This document shows, in pieces, positions 28,149 to 39,096 of a stretch of 64,000 bases of DNA (position 1 is the first letter of the stretch; each line of letters begins with the position of its first letter). The notes under the pieces are model-generated. The model was not told the origin of the DNA, made no database searches, and was given only the letters and a program-made list of their open reading frames with translations. Source of the stretch: an uncultured Alistipes sp. (GTDB lineage: Bacteria > Bacteroidota > Bacteroidia > Bacteroidales > Rikenellaceae). The DNA is taken from NCBI GenBank assembly GCA_937911745.1, contig CALDPX010000067.1, positions 5,721-69,720 on the forward strand, read 5' to 3'. The position numbers were made by a program, and so were the translations under genes.

Positions 28149-28736
28149 TTAAGCCTTCTTCGAAGCCGAAGTCTTAACAGCCGTTACCTTAGCACCCGAA
28201 GTCTTTGCAGTGGTCTTGGGGGCTACGGGCTTCTTGGCAGCGGGCTTTTTCTCAGCCTTGGGAGCCTCAGCAACAGCCTCGCCCTCGGCTACAACCTCTG
28301 CGTCCTGAGCCTTTTTAGCACGGCTACGGCGGGTTTTAGGAGCAGCAGCCTTGGGTGCTACGCCCTCTACATAGGTCTCATTGAAATCAACAAGCTCAAT
28401 GATACACATCTCGGCAGCGTCACCTACGCGGAAACCGGTGTGGAGAATACGAGTGTAACCACCGGGACGGTCAGCAATCTTAGGAGCAACGGTGCGGAAC
28501 AACTCGGCAGTTGCAAATTTGTCTTTCAAGTAGCTGAAAACAACACGACGCTGGTGGGTGGTGTCCTCTTTCGATTTGGTAATGATGGGCTCAACAAATT
28601 TTTTCAGAGCCTTTGCTTTTGCCACAGTGGTCTCGATGCGTTTGTGGAGAATAAGGCTTGCTGCCATATTCGACATCAACGCTTTGCGGTGCGAAGCCTG
28701 ACGACCCAAGTGGTTTACTTTCTTATTGTGTCTCAT
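28149..28736 (-). CDS. rplQ: 50S ribosomal protein L17 with Ala/Lys-rich tail
   Basis: MRHNKK..HLGR...[19 protein letters not shown]. Confidence 0.98.
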   Translation of the reverse strand: MRHNKKVNHLGRQASHRKALMSNMAASLILHKRIETTVAKAKALKKFVEPIITKSKEDTTHQRRVVFSYLKDKFATAELFRTVAPKIADRPGGYTRILHTGFRVGDAAEMCIIELVDFNETYVEGVAPKAAAPKTRRSRAKKAQDAEVVAEGEAVAEAPKAEKKPAAKKPVAPKTTAKTSGAKVTAVKTSASKKA

Positions 28737-28760
28737 AGATTAATGTTTCTTTTTTGTGGG

Positions 28761-29753
28761 TTATTCCTTATCCAACTTGTAGGGAGATACATCCATACCA
28801 AAGTGGAGGTTCAAAGATGCCAAAAGGTCATCCAACTCGGTGAGCGACTTCTTACCGAAGTTACGGAACTTCAACAAATCGTTGCGGTTGTAACGCACCA
28901 AGTCGCCAACAGTATCCACCTCGGCAGCCTTCAAGCAGTTGAGGGCGCGAACCGAGAGATCCTGATCGGAGAGCTTGGTTTTCAAGAGCTGACGCATGTG
29001 AAGCACATTCTCGTCGAACTCCTCGGCAGGCGAAGCCTCCTCCATGTTGAGCGTAATCTTCTCGTCCGAGAAGAGCATCAAATGGTGAATGAGAATTTTA
29101 GCAGCCTCTTTGAGGGCCTCTTTGGGATGAATAGAACCATCGGTAGTAACCTCAATGTTGAGTTTATCGTAGTCGGTCTTCTGCTCAACACGATAGGGCT
29201 CAACAGAGTACTTAACATTGATGATAGGGGTGTGAATCGAGTCGATAGGCAACAGACCAAACTCAGCGTCGGCAGGACGGTTCTCCTCGGCAGGAACATA
29301 ACCGCGACCTTTACCAATAGTGAGGTCAATGGTCAGTTTGGTATCGGGGGTGAGGTGGCAGATAACCAACTCGGGATTCAACACTTTGAAGTTCGAAAGG
29401 AAGTTCGAGATATAGCCTGCTGTGAGTTCGGTCTGACCGGCCACATTGATAGTAACCTTCTCCGACTCGGCGGTCTCAACAGTGCGAACAAAACGCACCT
29501 GTTTGAGATTGAGGACAATATCAATCATTCCCTCCATAACTCCGGGGATGGCGGCAAACTCGTGGTCTACCCCAGCAATCTTCACAGTAGTGATAGCAAA
29601 GCCCTCCAACGAGGAGAGAAGCACCCTACGCAAAGCATTGCCTATGGTCATACCGAAGCCAGGCTCCAATGGACGGAATTCGAATTTTCCGAACGTGGAT
29701 GTGGATTCGAGCATAATCACCTTCTCGGGTTTCTGGAATGCTAAAATTGCCAT
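28761..29753 (-). CDS. rpoA: RNA polymerase alpha subunit
   Basis: [38 protein letters not shown]. Confidence 0.99.
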   Translation of the reverse strand: MAILAFQKPEKVIMLESTSTFGKFEFRPLEPGFGMTIGNALRRVLLSSLEGFAITTVKIAGVDHEFAAIPGVMEGMIDIVLNLKQVRFVRTVETAESEKVTINVAGQTELTAGYISNFLSNFKVLNPELVICHLTPDTKLTIDLTIGKGRGYVPAEENRPADAEFGLLPIDSIHTPIINVKYSVEPYRVEQKTDYDKLNIEVTTDGSIHPKEALKEAAKILIHHLMLFSDEKITLNMEEASPAEEFDENVLHMRQLLKTKLSDQDLSVRALNCLKAAEVDTVGDLVRYNRNDLLKFRNFGKKSLTELDDLLASLNLHFGMDVSPYKLDKE

Positions 29754-29783
29754 AATTGTTTATCCTTTCTTTTTTGTTAAGCA

Positions 29784-30392
29784 CTATTTCGAGTACAACT
29801 CCACGATGAGCTGCTCTTTGATGTTCTCGGGAATATCCTCGCGCTCGGGACGCTGCAAGAACTTACCGGTAAGGGTCTCGCCATTCCACTCCAACCAAGC
29901 GTACTGGTTAGCGCGGCGACCTGCAAGGCTCTCGGTAATGGTTTCGAGAGTTTTCGATTTCTCGCGAACTGCAACAACATCACCAGCTTTGAGGCTGTAC
30001 GAAGGAATGTTCACAACGTTGCCATTAACGGTGATGTGGCGGTGCGACACCAACTGACGTGCAGCAGCACGGGTAGGAGCAATACCAAGGCGGTAAACTA
30101 CGTTGTCGAGGCGGCTTTCGAGCAATTTCAAAAGGTTCTCACCGGTGATACCACCCATAGCGGCAGCTTTCTCAAACGCATTGTGGAACTGACGCTCCAA
30201 CAAACCGTAGGTATATTTTGCTTTCTGTTTTTCGTTCAGCTGGGTACCGTACTCCGAAACTTTTTTGCGTTTGCGGTTCAGACCGTGCTGACCAGCAGGA
30301 TAGTTCTTCTTGTCGAGAACCTTGTCTGCACCAAAAATAGGCTCGCCAAACTTACGAGCGATTTTACTTTTTGGACCTGTATATCTAGCCAT
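29784..30392 (-). CDS. rpsD: 30S ribosomal protein S4
   Basis: [38 protein letters not shown]. Confidence 0.99.
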   Translation of the reverse strand: MARYTGPKSKIARKFGEPIFGADKVLDKKNYPAGQHGLNRKRKKVSEYGTQLNEKQKAKYTYGLLERQFHNAFEKAAAMGGITGENLLKLLESRLDNVVYRLGIAPTRAAARQLVSHRHITVNGNVVNIPSYSLKAGDVVAVREKSKTLETITESLAGRRANQYAWLEWNGETLTGKFLQRPEREDIPENIKEQLIVELYSK

Positions 30393-30454
30393 TGTTCTTC
30401 TTGTTTTACTTGTGTTGAAACTAAATGTTTACTCTCCTTTTTTGCGAGCCCGAA

Positions 30455-30844
30455 TTATACGCGGCGGCGGTTAGGAGCACGGCAACCGTTGTGGGGCAGT
30501 GGAGTAACGTCGATAATCTCCATCACAGCGATACCTGCGCCGTCGATGGTGCGGATTGCCGACTCACGACCCTGACCGGGACCTTTTACATAAACTTTTA
30601 CTTTACGCAAGCCCAAGTCGTATGCAACTTTTGCACAATCTGCGGCAGCAGTCTGTGCTGCGTAGGGAGTGTTCTTCTTCGAACCACGGAAGCCCATCTT
30701 ACCTGCCGAACTCCAACTGATAACCTCGCCAGCAGCGTTGGTGATGGTGATGATTACGTTGTTGAAAGTCGAGTGTACGAAAGCCATACCGACTGCGTCT
30801 ACTTTTACTACGCGCTTCTTAACTGATACTGGTTTCTTTGCCAT
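30455..30844 (-). CDS. rpsK: 30S ribosomal protein S11
   Basis: [29 protein letters not shown]. Confidence 0.99.
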   Translation of the reverse strand: MAKKPVSVKKRVVKVDAVGMAFVHSTFNNVIITITNAAGEVISWSSAGKMGFRGSKKNTPYAAQTAAADCAKVAYDLGLRKVKVYVKGPGQGRESAIRTIDGAGIAVMEIIDVTPLPHNGCRAPNRRRV

Positions 30845-30858
30845 AACTCTCTACTTAA

Positions 30859-31239
30859 TTATTTAGTTGCTTTTTTCTTGTTTGCTACGGTCTTCTTCTT
30901 ACCCTTGCGAGTACGAGCGTTGTTCTTGGTGCTCTGACCACGAACGGGAAGACCAAGACGGTGACGGATACCACGGTAGCAACCAATATCCATCAGGCGT
31001 TTGATGTTGAGTTGTACGAGCGAACGGCACTCACCCTCAACTTTGATACCGCTCTCTGCGATAGCGTTACGGATTGCACCTACCTGCTCATCGGTCCAGT
31101 CATCAACTTTGGTGTTGTAGTCGATGCCAGCCATATCAAGAATCATTCGTGCGGTGCTACGACCGATACCGTAAATATAGGTCAAGCCGATTTCGCCGCG
31201 TTTATTTTTAGGTAAATCTACACCTACTATACGTGCCAT
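30859..31239 (-). CDS. rpsM: 30S ribosomal protein S13
   Basis: [41 protein letters not shown]. Confidence 0.99.
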   Translation of the reverse strand: MARIVGVDLPKNKRGEIGLTYIYGIGRSTARMILDMAGIDYNTKVDDWTDEQVGAIRNAIAESGIKVEGECRSLVQLNIKRLMDIGCYRGIRHRLGLPVRGQSTKNNARTRKGKKKTVANKKKATK

Positions 31240-31267
31240 AAATCTTCTTCTTTTTCTTTTTAGTTAA

Positions 31268-31384
31268 TTACTTTTGGCGCATTTTGAATTTAGGATTCTT
31301 CTTGCAAATAACATAGAGGTGGTTGCCACGCTTTACGATTTTGCAATCCTCGCTTCTTTTCTTAATTGATGCTCTAACTTTCAT
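31268..31384 (-). CDS. rpmJ: 50S ribosomal protein L36
   Basis: Manual translation [38 protein letters not shown]. Confidence 0.97.
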   Translation of the reverse strand: MKVRASIKKRSEDCKIVKRGNHLYVICKKNPKFKMRQK

Positions 31385-31653
31385 CTTTGAAAAGTTTTTA
31401 ATTTAGTTTGTTTTTGTGGCATAATCTCTTCGCCGAAAGGATAACCAAAAGTAGTGACTGTCACTCCTGCTCTCTTATTCGAGTCGGTGTTATACTCCTT
31501 GAATACAACCACCCACTCCTTCTTGCGCAACGAACGCCCTTTTCGGCGCCCCTTGCCACTTTCCGCAACAGCAAATTCCTTTATCCTTCTATCTTTGCCG
31601 CTGCAATAAAAGCAACACTCTGTACCCTTGACCCCTTTGCGTCGGCGGGGAGG

Positions 31654-31872
31654 TTATTTGTAACGGAACGAGATGCGACCTTTGGTCAAATCATAAGGCG
31701 ACATCTCTACCTTTACTTTGTCACCGGGAAGAATTTTGATGTAGTGCATCCTCATCTTTCCCGAAATGTGGGCGATAATAACGTGTCCGTTGTCCAGCTC
31801 TACGCGAAACATTGCGTTGCTGAGCGCTTCCACGATAGTTCCGTCCTTTTCAATAGCAACTTGCTTTGCCAT
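31654..31872 (-). CDS. infA: Translation initiation factor IF-1
   Basis: [42 protein letters not shown]. Confidence 0.99.
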   Translation of the reverse strand: MAKQVAIEKDGTIVEALSNAMFRVELDNGHVIIAHISGKMRMHYIKILPGDKVKVEMSPYDLTKGRISFRYK

Positions 31873-31924
31873 AAAAGTTCTTGTTTTTGTTCTATTTTAC
31901 GAAATTCCTTCTTTGTTTAGCGCG

Positions 31925-31955
31925 CAAAGATAGTAATTTTCTTTGGATTACCAAA
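31925..31955 (-). promoter_or_regulatory. Internal promoter for infA
   Basis: TTTG-N19-TATCTTTG on the minus strand. Confidence 0.75.
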
Positions 31956-31962
31956 TTTTCAA

Positions 31963-32742
31963 CTACTTACGCTCTGCCAACGCCTGCTCTATGATGCCGA
32001 AATCGGTCAGCACATCTGCCTCGCCATTGCGTATTGCCACCGCAAATTCGAAGTGTGCCGAGGGTTTACGATCTTTTGTGCGCACCGTCCAGCCGTCACG
32101 CTCAAAAACCACATTCTTCGAGCCCATATTAATCATTGGCTCTATGCAGATGACCATCCCCTCTTTCAGGAGTGGTCCTGTGCCCCTTCTGCCGTAGTTG
32201 GGAACTTCGGGCGACTCGTGCATATCCCTGCCCAAGCCGTGACCCACAAGTTCACGCACCACGCCATAGCCATATTTCTCGGCATGAGTCTGCACCGCTG
32301 ACGATATGTCGCCTACGCGATTGCCCGCAACGGCCTTCTCCACGCCCTTATAGAGCGACTCCTTGGTAACTCTGAGCAACTGCTCCACCTCGGGAGCAAT
32401 CTCGCCCACACCAAAAGTGTATGCCGAGTCGCCATAGAAGCCTTTGAGGATGGTACCACAATCCACCGACACTATATCGCCCTCTTTGAGTGCATAGTTC
32501 GAGGGAATACCATGTACCACATTCTCGTTCACCGACACACAAAGTGTGTTGGGAAAGCCTCCGTAGCCCAGGAAGCCAGGAACTGCTCCGTGAGAACGGA
32601 TGAACTCCTCCGCAATCCTATCCAACTCCAAGGTTGTTACCCCGGGACGGATATGTTTGCCAACCTCGGCAAGTGTTGCACTCACCAACAGGTTATTCTC
32701 ACGCAGCAGTTCGACCTCTTCCTGTGTTTTGAGATATATCAT
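31963..32742 (-). CDS. map: Methionine aminopeptidase type I
   Basis: SVNE.VVHGIP, D.G...GFYGD, GHG.G..MHE.P, IEPM, SAHFE. Confidence 0.98.
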   Translation of the reverse strand: MIYLKTQEEVELLRENNLLVSATLAEVGKHIRPGVTTLELDRIAEEFIRSHGAVPGFLGYGGFPNTLCVSVNENVVHGIPSNYALKEGDIVSVDCGTILKGFYGDSAYTFGVGEIAPEVEQLLRVTKESLYKGVEKAVAGNRVGDISSAVQTHAEKYGYGVVRELVGHGLGRDMHESPEVPNYGRRGTGPLLKEGMVICIEPMINMGSKNVVFERDGWTVRTKDRKPSAHFEFAVAIRNGEADVLTDFGIIEQALAERK

Positions 32743-32788
32743 CTCTTCTTTTCTTTAAGAACTCTTACTTCCAGCAAGCACAAGTCTA

Positions 32789-34099
32789 TTAGTAACGACC
32801 CTTAATCCTACCGGTTTTCATAAGACCATCGTAGTGACGAAGGAGCAGGTAACTTTCGACCTGTTTGAGAGTGTCGAGAACTACACCCACCAAAATCAGC
32901 AGCGAGGTACCTCCGAAGAAGAGCGCAAACTGACGGTTGATACCAAGCATCTCGGCAAATGCGGGCAAAATTGCCACGATAGCCAAGAAAATCGAACCGG
33001 GAAGGGTGATTCTCGTCATGATGGTGTCGATGAATTTTCGAGTCTCCTTACCAGGTTGAACACCAGGTATGAAGCCACCGTTACGCTTCAAATCGTCCGC
33101 CATCATCTGGGGATTCACAATGATTGCTGTGTAGAAGTAGGTAAATGCAAACACCAAGATTGCAAAGGTAAAGTTATACCAGAAACCGGTGTAGTTGTTG
33201 AATGCAGCAGCAATGCCTCGGGTCGACTCCCAGTTGCCAAACAACATAGGAATGAACATAAGTGCCTGGGCGAAGATGATAGGCATCACATTCGCAGCGT
33301 TCACTTTCAGAGGAATGTACTGACGAACACCTCCGTACTGCTTGTTACCCACAATACGTTTTGCGTACTGCACAGGAATCTTGCGGGTTGCCTGCACGAG
33401 TGCAATGGCAGCCATGAAGATAAAGTACAAAAGCACAAACTCCACAACCAACATTACCCAGCCACCAGTTGCAGCATTGGTCCTCGCGTCCAACTCAGCC
33501 AAAAGCGCGTGGGGCAGACGTGCAACGATACCCACCATAATGATGAGCGAAATACCGTTACCAAGACCTTTATCGGTAATCTTCTCTCCCAACCACATCA
33601 CAAACATAGTACCGGCAATAAGTACCACAAGTGCTGTGAAGATGAAGAAGGCGTTGTACTCCATGACGAATGCGCCAGGAGCCTGGTTGTGCAGGTTTGC
33701 AAGATAAGCGGGACCTTGCAAGCACAAAACTGCAATGGTCAGATATCTTGTAATTTGGTTCATCTTGCGGTGACCGCTCTCACCCTCGCGCTGCAACCTC
33801 TGGAAGTAGGGAACTACGATACCCAAAAGTTGTACGATAATCGAAGCCGAGATATAGGGCATTACACCGAGTGCGAAGATAGACGCATTCGAGAATGCAC
33901 CACCCGAGAAGATGTCCAACAGACCCATAAGACCATCGGCGGTCTGTGCGCTCATTGCGCTAAGGGCGTTGGGATCAATGCCGGGAATCACCACAAAACT
34001 TCCGAACCTATATATAAGAAGAAGACCAAGCGTGTAGAGAATCCTCTTACGCAACTCCTCAATCTTAGATATATTCTTAATGGTTTCGACAAGTTTCAT
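32789..34099 (-). CDS. secY: Preprotein translocase SecY
   Basis: SIFALGVMPYISASII, WLGEKIT..G.GNGISL, IPGVQPG, GGTSLLI. Confidence 0.99.
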   Translation of the reverse strand: MKLVETIKNISKIEELRKRILYTLGLLLIYRFGSFVVIPGIDPNALSAMSAQTADGLMGLLDIFSGGAFSNASIFALGVMPYISASIIVQLLGIVVPYFQRLQREGESGHRKMNQITRYLTIAVLCLQGPAYLANLHNQAPGAFVMEYNAFFIFTALVVLIAGTMFVMWLGEKITDKGLGNGISLIIMVGIVARLPHALLAELDARTNAATGGWVMLVVEFVLLYFIFMAAIALVQATRKIPVQYAKRIVGNKQYGGVRQYIPLKVNAANVMPIIFAQALMFIPMLFGNWESTRGIAAAFNNYTGFWYNFTFAILVFAFTYFYTAIIVNPQMMADDLKRNGGFIPGVQPGKETRKFIDTIMTRITLPGSIFLAIVAILPAFAEMLGINRQFALFFGGTSLLILVGVVLDTLKQVESYLLLRHYDGLMKTGRIKGRY

Positions 34100-34125
34100 C
34101 GCTTACTTTGTTAGTCTGGTTGTAA

Positions 34126-34572
34126 TTAGAGTTTTTCAACTTTGCCACCCTTAGCCTCAATAGCAGCAATTGCTGTCTGGCTGAAAGCGTGAGCAGTTAC
34201 GTTGAGTGCTTTGGTTACCTCACCCTTACCGAGTATCTTCACGCGGTTGTTCTTCGAGATGAAGCCAGCCTCGATGAGAGTCTCGATATTGATGTCGGTG
34301 ATGTTCTTGCTTGCAGCCAACTGTTCGAGAGTATCCAAGTTGATGGGTTTGTACTCAACACGTTTGATGTTAGTGAAACCGAACTTGGGCATACGGCGCT
34401 GCAAAGGCATCTGACCGCCCTCGAAGCCCAACTTGTGGCTGTAACCCGAACGCGACTGTGCACCTTTGTGACCGCGTGTGGAGGTACCACCGTGACCCGA
34501 ACCCTGACCGCGACCAATTCTCTTCTCGTGGTGAGTAGAGCCTGCTGCGGGTTTAAGATTGCTTAAATTCAT
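34126..34572 (-). CDS. rplO: 50S ribosomal protein L15
   Basis: GRGQGSG.G.T..RGHKG, GFEGGQMPL.RR.PK.GF. Confidence 0.99.
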   Translation of the reverse strand: MNLSNLKPAAGSTHHEKRIGRGQGSGHGGTSTRGHKGAQSRSGYSHKLGFEGGQMPLQRRMPKFGFTNIKRVEYKPINLDTLEQLAASKNITDINIETLIEAGFISKNNRVKILGKGEVTKALNVTAHAFSQTAIAAIEAKGGKVEKL

Positions 34573-34610
34573 CGTTATTCTCTTTTTTTACTTTTTTACT
34601 TCTGTGAACT

Positions 34611-34796
34611 TTACTCTTTAACGGTCTCAACCTTAACCAGGTGTTTAACCTTGTTAATCATACCGAGGATGATGGCCGAATCCTCGTGCTCAACGGTCTG
34701 GTTTACTTTGTGCAGACCAAGTGCATCGAGGTTGCTGCACTGGTTCTTAGTCTGACCAATGCGGCTCTTTACCTGAGTGATTTTCAATCTTGCCAT
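34611..34796 (-). CDS. rpmD: 50S ribosomal protein L30
   Basis: KITQVKSRIG, LGL.K, GM..KV.HL; spc operon position. Confidence 0.97.
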   Translation of the reverse strand: MARLKITQVKSRIGQTKNQCSNLDALGLHKVNQTVEHEDSAIILGMINKVKHLVKVETVKE

Positions 34797-34813
34797 AATT
34801 TCTCCTTTCTTGA

Positions 34814-35329
34814 TTAGCCGTTAAATACTTGATTCATAGAGATACCACGCAACTGAGCTACCGAAGCAGCGTCACGGAGCTCCATAAGAGCACCTACGGT
34901 TGCTTTCACCAAGTTGTGGGGGTTCGATGAACCTTTGCTTTTTGCAAGTACGTTGTGGATACCTACGCTCTCGAACACAACACGCATTGCACCACCTGCC
35001 TTAACACCGGTACCAGGGGCTGCGGGGCGCATAAGCACCTGCGAACCACCATAGCGGAACTCCTGCGAGTGGGGAATTGTGCCGTTGATTACGGGAATCT
35101 TTACCAAGTTCTTCTTTGCGTCCTCAACACCTTTCGCAATTGCCGACTGAACCTCGCTTGCCTTGCCAAGACCGTAGCCTACAACGCCAGCCTCGTTACC
35201 AACAACTACGATTGCCGAAAAACTCATTGTGCGACCACCTTTGGTAGTCTTCGACACCCTCTGGATTGCTACGAGCCTGTCTTTCAGTTCGAGGTCGCTT
35301 GTTTTTACTTTGATATTACTGTTTGCCAT
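34814..35329 (-). CDS. rpsE: 30S ribosomal protein S5
   Basis: RV.K.TKGGR, G.GKA.EV, PA.PGTG..AGG, KS.GSSNP.N. Confidence 0.99.
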   Translation of the reverse strand: MANSNIKVKTSDLELKDRLVAIQRVSKTTKGGRTMSFSAIVVVGNEAGVVGYGLGKASEVQSAIAKGVEDAKKNLVKIPVINGTIPHSQEFRYGGSQVLMRPAAPGTGVKAGGAMRVVFESVGIHNVLAKSKGSSNPHNLVKATVGALMELRDAASVAQLRGISMNQVFNG

Positions 35330-35338
35330 AGTTGCTTC

Positions 35339-35701
35339 TTAGAATTTAAGACCGCCTTCGCGAGCGGCGTCTGCCAACATTTTTACTCTTCCGTGGTAGA
35401 GGTAGCCGTTACGGTCGTACGATACAGCCTCGATGCCCTTTGCAAGAGCAATCTCTGCGATACGTTTGCCGACCATCTTAGCCTGCTCGATACCATTTAC
35501 TTTCTGTGCTGCCTCAGCAATCTCTTTGTCCAAAGACGAAGCGGCTGCCAAAGTTACACCCTTAGTGTCGTCAATCAACTGTACATAGATCTGCTTGTTG
35601 CTGCGGAATACAGTCATACGAGGTCTTGCTGCGGTACCCTCAACTACTTTGCGGATACGCATTTTAATCCTCTCTCTTCTTTCGATTTTATTCAATGCCA
35701 T
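35339..35701 (-). CDS. rplR: 50S ribosomal protein L18
   Basis: [26 protein letters not shown]. Confidence 0.99.
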   Translation of the reverse strand: MALNKIERRERIKMRIRKVVEGTAARPRMTVFRSNKQIYVQLIDDTKGVTLAAASSLDKEIAEAAQKVNGIEQAKMVGKRIAEIALAKGIEAVSYDRNGYLYHGRVKMLADAAREGGLKF

Positions 35702-35716
35702 ATTTACGCGATTTTA

Positions 35717-36274
35717 CTATTTAGCGTTAGCAGACTTACCAGCCTTACGACGCAAGGTTTCACCAATAAATTTAATACCTTTACCTTTGTAGGGCTCGGG
35801 TTTGCGGAACGAGCGAATCTTTGCAGCAACCTGACCAACAAGTTGTTTATCGATGCTCTTGAGAGTGAGAATGGGGTTACCCTTCTTCTCCTGCTGTACC
35901 TCAGCCTTAACCTCGGCGGGCAACATAAGGAAAATATCGTGCGAATAACCCAAAGAGAGTTTCAGGAGCTGACCCTCAACCTCTGCTTTGAAACCAACAC
36001 CTACGAGTTCCTGTTTAATCTCGTAGCCTTTCGAAACGCCCACTACCATGTTGTTGATGAGTGCGCGGTACAAGCCGTGCATAGAGCGGTGGCGTGGCTG
36101 GTTCGTAGGACGAGTTACTGTCAATACGTTACCCTCAACGGTTACGGTGATGTCCGAATCAACTTTCTGACTCAACGCACCAAGAGGTCCTTTCACGCTT
36201 ACCACGTTGTTAGCAGCAACCTCTACGGTTACGCCTGCGGGCAAGTTTACAGGTAATTTACCAATTCTTGACAT
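35717..36274 (-). CDS. rplF: 50S ribosomal protein L6
   Basis: Start MSRIGK at 36274; VKGPLG, LGYSH, R.PEPYKGKGI. Confidence 0.99.
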   Translation of the reverse strand: MSRIGKLPVNLPAGVTVEVAANNVVSVKGPLGALSQKVDSDITVTVEGNVLTVTRPTNQPRHRSMHGLYRALINNMVVGVSKGYEIKQELVGVGFKAEVEGQLLKLSLGYSHDIFLMLPAEVKAEVQQEKKGNPILTLKSIDKQLVGQVAAKIRSFRKPEPYKGKGIKFIGETLRRKAGKSANAK

Positions 36275-36302
36275 TGTTTTTGTTTGTTTTGTAAAGTTAA
36301 TA

Positions 36303-36701
36303 CTAGTAGATGTAGCAGAGAACCTCGCCACCTACGTTTTCCTGACGTGCTTTTTTGTCGGTCATAATACCTTTGGGAGTCGAAACGATAGCGATACCCA
36401 AGCCGTTCTGAACCTTAGGCATATCGGCTGCCGAAGAGTAGCGACGAAGACCGGGACGCGATACGCGCTCCAAACCTTTGATAGCGCACTGCTTGGTCTG
36501 GGGGTGGTACTTCAACGCAATTTTGATAGTCGAAAAGCCCTTCTCGTTCTTGTCAAACCTGTAGGCGAGGATGTAACCCTGTTCGTAGAGAATCTTGGTC
36601 ATCTCTTCCTTCATTTTTGAACCGGGAGCTTCAACCGTTTTGTGGTTGGCTTTCGCCGCGTTTCTAATCCTCGTGAGGAAATCCGCAATAGGATCTGTCA
36701 T
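36303..36701 (-). CDS. rpsH: 30S ribosomal protein S8
   Basis: MTDPIADFLTRIRNA, SRPGLR.Y, STPKG, GGEVLC. Confidence 0.99.
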   Translation of the reverse strand: MTDPIADFLTRIRNAAKANHKTVEAPGSKMKEEMTKILYEQGYILAYRFDKNEKGFSTIKIALKYHPQTKQCAIKGLERVSRPGLRRYSSAADMPKVQNGLGIAIVSTPKGIMTDKKARQENVGGEVLCYIY

Positions 36702-36900
36702 AGTTTTAATGGATTAAAATGTTAAAAATGTAAGTTAATTATTTCGAGGTCAGCACCTTACACATTCTGTCACTTCTCAGCCAAAGCTTCGTCACAACAT
36801 CTGTTCAGGCACCTCTCTCATAACACCTCAACTGCCGACCACCCCTTGTGAGGGATAGTCGGCAATGTTGGTGATTTGTTGTTTTCGCTTTTTAAGCCGC

Positions 36901-36934
36901 CAAAGATAGGAACTTTTTGTGGATAAATTGCAAA
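36901..36934 (-). promoter_or_regulatory. Internal promoter upstream of rpsH
   Basis: TTTG-N22-TATCTTTG (-) in the 339-bp rpsN-rpsH gap. Confidence 0.65.
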
Positions 36935-37040
36935 CTTTTGGGCAGAAATTCAACATTTTACGATTTCTTAACCTCGCAAATGCTCTCTTCTACGCCCTTG
37001 GATTGACAGCCACATTAAGGTTTCTACCCTCAGTTGGTCG

Positions 37041-37337
37041 CTACCACGATGCCTTCTTCACGCCGGGGATAAGACCGTGCGAAGCCATCTCGCGGAACTG
37101 AATACGGCTCAAACCAAACTGGCGAATGTAGCCTTTGGGACGACCGGTAATCTGGCAGCGGTTGTGCTGGCGGATGGGGTTCGAGTTGCGGGGCAGTTTC
37201 GAAAGAGCCTGCCAAGCCTCCATCTCGTTCATCTCACCTGCCTTAACAGCGGCAGCGATAGCCTCACGCTTTGCAGCATAGCGTTGTGCGAGTTTAACAC
37301 GTTTAACCTCGCGTGCTTTCATTGATTCTTTTGCCAT
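37041..37337 (-). CDS. rpsN: 30S ribosomal protein S14 (long, zinc-independent type)
   Basis: [41 protein letters not shown]. Confidence 0.98.
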   Translation of the reverse strand: MAKESMKAREVKRVKLAQRYAAKREAIAAAVKAGEMNEMEAWQALSKLPRNSNPIRQHNRCQITGRPKGYIRQFGLSRIQFREMASHGLIPGVKKASW

Positions 37338-37340
37338 ACC

Positions 37341-37898
37341 TTATGCTTTTTTAGCGTTTTTGAATGGAAGACCAAACTCACGGAGAAGAGCATAACCCTC
37401 CTCGTCAGTATTTGCGGTAGTTACGAAGCAAATCTCCATACCGAGAATCTTGGTGATCTTGTCGATGTCGATCTCGGGGAAGATGATCTGCTCTTTGATA
37501 CCGAGGGTGTAGTTACCCTGACCGTCAAATTTCTCGTTGATGCCTTTGAAGTCGCGGATACGGGGAAGTGCAACTGCGATAAGCCTCTCCAAGAACTCGT
37601 ACATACGGTCGCCACGGAGGGTTACGCGAACACCTACGGGCATACCCTTACGGAGTTTGAAGTTCGAAATATCCTTGCGCGAACGGGTCTGAACAGCCTT
37701 CTGACCAGCGATAATCGAGAGCTCCTCCTGAGCAATCTCGATGAGTTTCTTGTCAGCAACAGCCTCGCCAACACCCTCGTTCAGCACGATTTTCTGCAAT
37801 TTGGGTACCTGCATAATGCTCTTGTAGCCAAATTCTTTCATAAGGGCAGGTACAATCTGCTCCTTATAAGTGGTTTTGAGTGTAGGAATGTAAGCCAT
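37341..37898 (-). CDS. rplE: 50S ribosomal protein L5
   Basis: VPKL.KI, FKLR.G, VTLRG, LPRIRDF, FDG.GNY. Confidence 0.99.
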   Translation of the reverse strand: MAYIPTLKTTYKEQIVPALMKEFGYKSIMQVPKLQKIVLNEGVGEAVADKKLIEIAQEELSIIAGQKAVQTRSRKDISNFKLRKGMPVGVRVTLRGDRMYEFLERLIAVALPRIRDFKGINEKFDGQGNYTLGIKEQIIFPEIDIDKITKILGMEICFVTTANTDEEGYALLREFGLPFKNAKKA

Positions 37899-38221
37899 TA
37901 TTTAATCTCCTCTCCTGATTTTTTAGCGTAACGTACAAGTTTGCCATTCTCGCCCTCTTTGCGACCTACGCGGGTAGGTTTGCCGGTTTTGGGGTCTGCA
38001 AGCATAAGGTTCGAAATGTGAATAGGAGCCTCCTGCTCAACAATACCGCCCTGGGTGTTCTTGGCACTGGGTTTGGTGTGTTTTTTGATGATGTTGAAAC
38101 CCTCAACGATTGCGCGCTGATTTTTGGTATCTACCTCCAAAACACGACCGGTTTTCTCTTTGCTTTTGCTACCGCCCGAAACTACGAAAACGGTATCACC
38201 TTTTTTGATATGTAATTTCAT
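37898..38221 (-). CDS. rplX: 50S ribosomal protein L24
   Basis: IKKGDTV, KH.KP, GGI...EAPIHISN. Confidence 0.99.
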   Translation of the reverse strand: MKLHIKKGDTVFVVSGGSKSKEKTGRVLEVDTKNQRAIVEGFNIIKKHTKPSAKNTQGGIVEQEAPIHISNLMLADPKTGKPTRVGRKEGENGKLVRYAKKSGEEIK

Positions 38222-38242
38222 ACTGCTAATCGGTATTTAAGA

Positions 38243-38608
38243 TTACAATACTTCGGGTGCAAGCGAGATGATTTTCATATACTGGTCGCGCAACTCACGA
38301 GCAACGGGACCAAAGATACGAGTACCACGCATCTCACCCTGGGGGTTCAACAATACTACGGCGTTGTCGTCGAAACGAATGTACGAACCGTTAGCACGAC
38401 GAATCTCCTTCTTTGTTCTAACTACAACCGCTTTCGATACGGTACCCTTCTTGATGTCGCCCGAAGGGGTTGCGCTCTTGACGGTCACAACGATTTTGTC
38501 GCCAATCGAGGCGTACTTCTTCTTGGTACCACCCAAAACACGGATGCAAAGAACCTCTTTGGCACCACTGTTGTCGGCTACTACCAATCTGCTTTCCTGT
38601 TGTATCAT
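38243..38608 (-). CDS. rplN: 50S ribosomal protein L14
   Basis: [37 protein letters not shown]. Confidence 0.99.
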   Translation of the reverse strand: MIQQESRLVVADNSGAKEVLCIRVLGGTKKKYASIGDKIVVTVKSATPSGDIKKGTVSKAVVVRTKKEIRRANGSYIRFDDNAVVLLNPQGEMRGTRIFGPVARELRDQYMKIISLAPEVL

Positions 38609-38610
38609 GA

Positions 38611-38865
38611 CTATTTAGCTCTTTCAATAATTTCTACTAATCTCCAACGCTTAGTCTTGCTCAGAGGTCGCGTCTCCATAATCTTAACGGTGTCGCCCTC
38701 GTTGCAGGTGTTCTGCTCGTCCTCAGCCACAAAACGAGTGGTCTTGTTAACGAACTTACCATAGATAGGGTGTTTTACCTTACGGTGAACTGCAACGACA
38801 ATGGATTTCTCCATCTTATTGCTGACTACCACACCGATTCTCTCTTTTCTAAGATTTCTTTCCAT
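38611..38865 (-). CDS. rpsQ: 30S ribosomal protein S17
   Basis: Start [30 protein letters not shown]. Confidence 0.99.
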   Translation of the reverse strand: MERNLRKERIGVVVSNKMEKSIVVAVHRKVKHPIYGKFVNKTTRFVAEDEQNTCNEGDTVKIMETRPLSKTKRWRLVEIIERAK

Positions 38866-38873
38866 AGCCTCAA

Positions 38874-39068
38874 TTAACATTTAGTGTTTTTCTGGTGCAG
38901 TACAGTCTTCATACGAGCGATGTCTCTGCGAGCTTTCTTAATAACGGTAGTATCCTCCACGGGAGATACGGCGTGATTAACCTTCAAAGTGGCAAGTTTT
39001 GCCTGCTCAGCCTCGATGCGCTCTACCAAATCGGCTACTGCCATCTCTTTCAATTCTGCTGTTTTCAT
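38874..39068 (-). CDS. rpmC: 50S ribosomal protein L29
   Basis: I...RRDIAR.KT; between rplP and rpsQ. Confidence 0.96.
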   Translation of the reverse strand: MKTAELKEMAVADLVERIEAEQAKLATLKVNHAVSPVEDTTVIKKARRDIARMKTVLHQKNTKC

Positions 39069-39096
39069 AACTTCTCTTGTCTGCTTTAATGGTTAA

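Noticed and set aside
28149..28370. Ala/Lys/Pro-rich L17 tail as a novel domain
   Set aside because: Low-complexity C-terminal extensions of L17 are common in Bacteroidota.
27897..29744. 615-aa plus-strand ORF over rplQ/rpoA, and similar long antisense ORFs over secY, leuS, tyrS and the S41 genes
   Set aside because: Antisense shadows of well-identified genes, with no family signatures.
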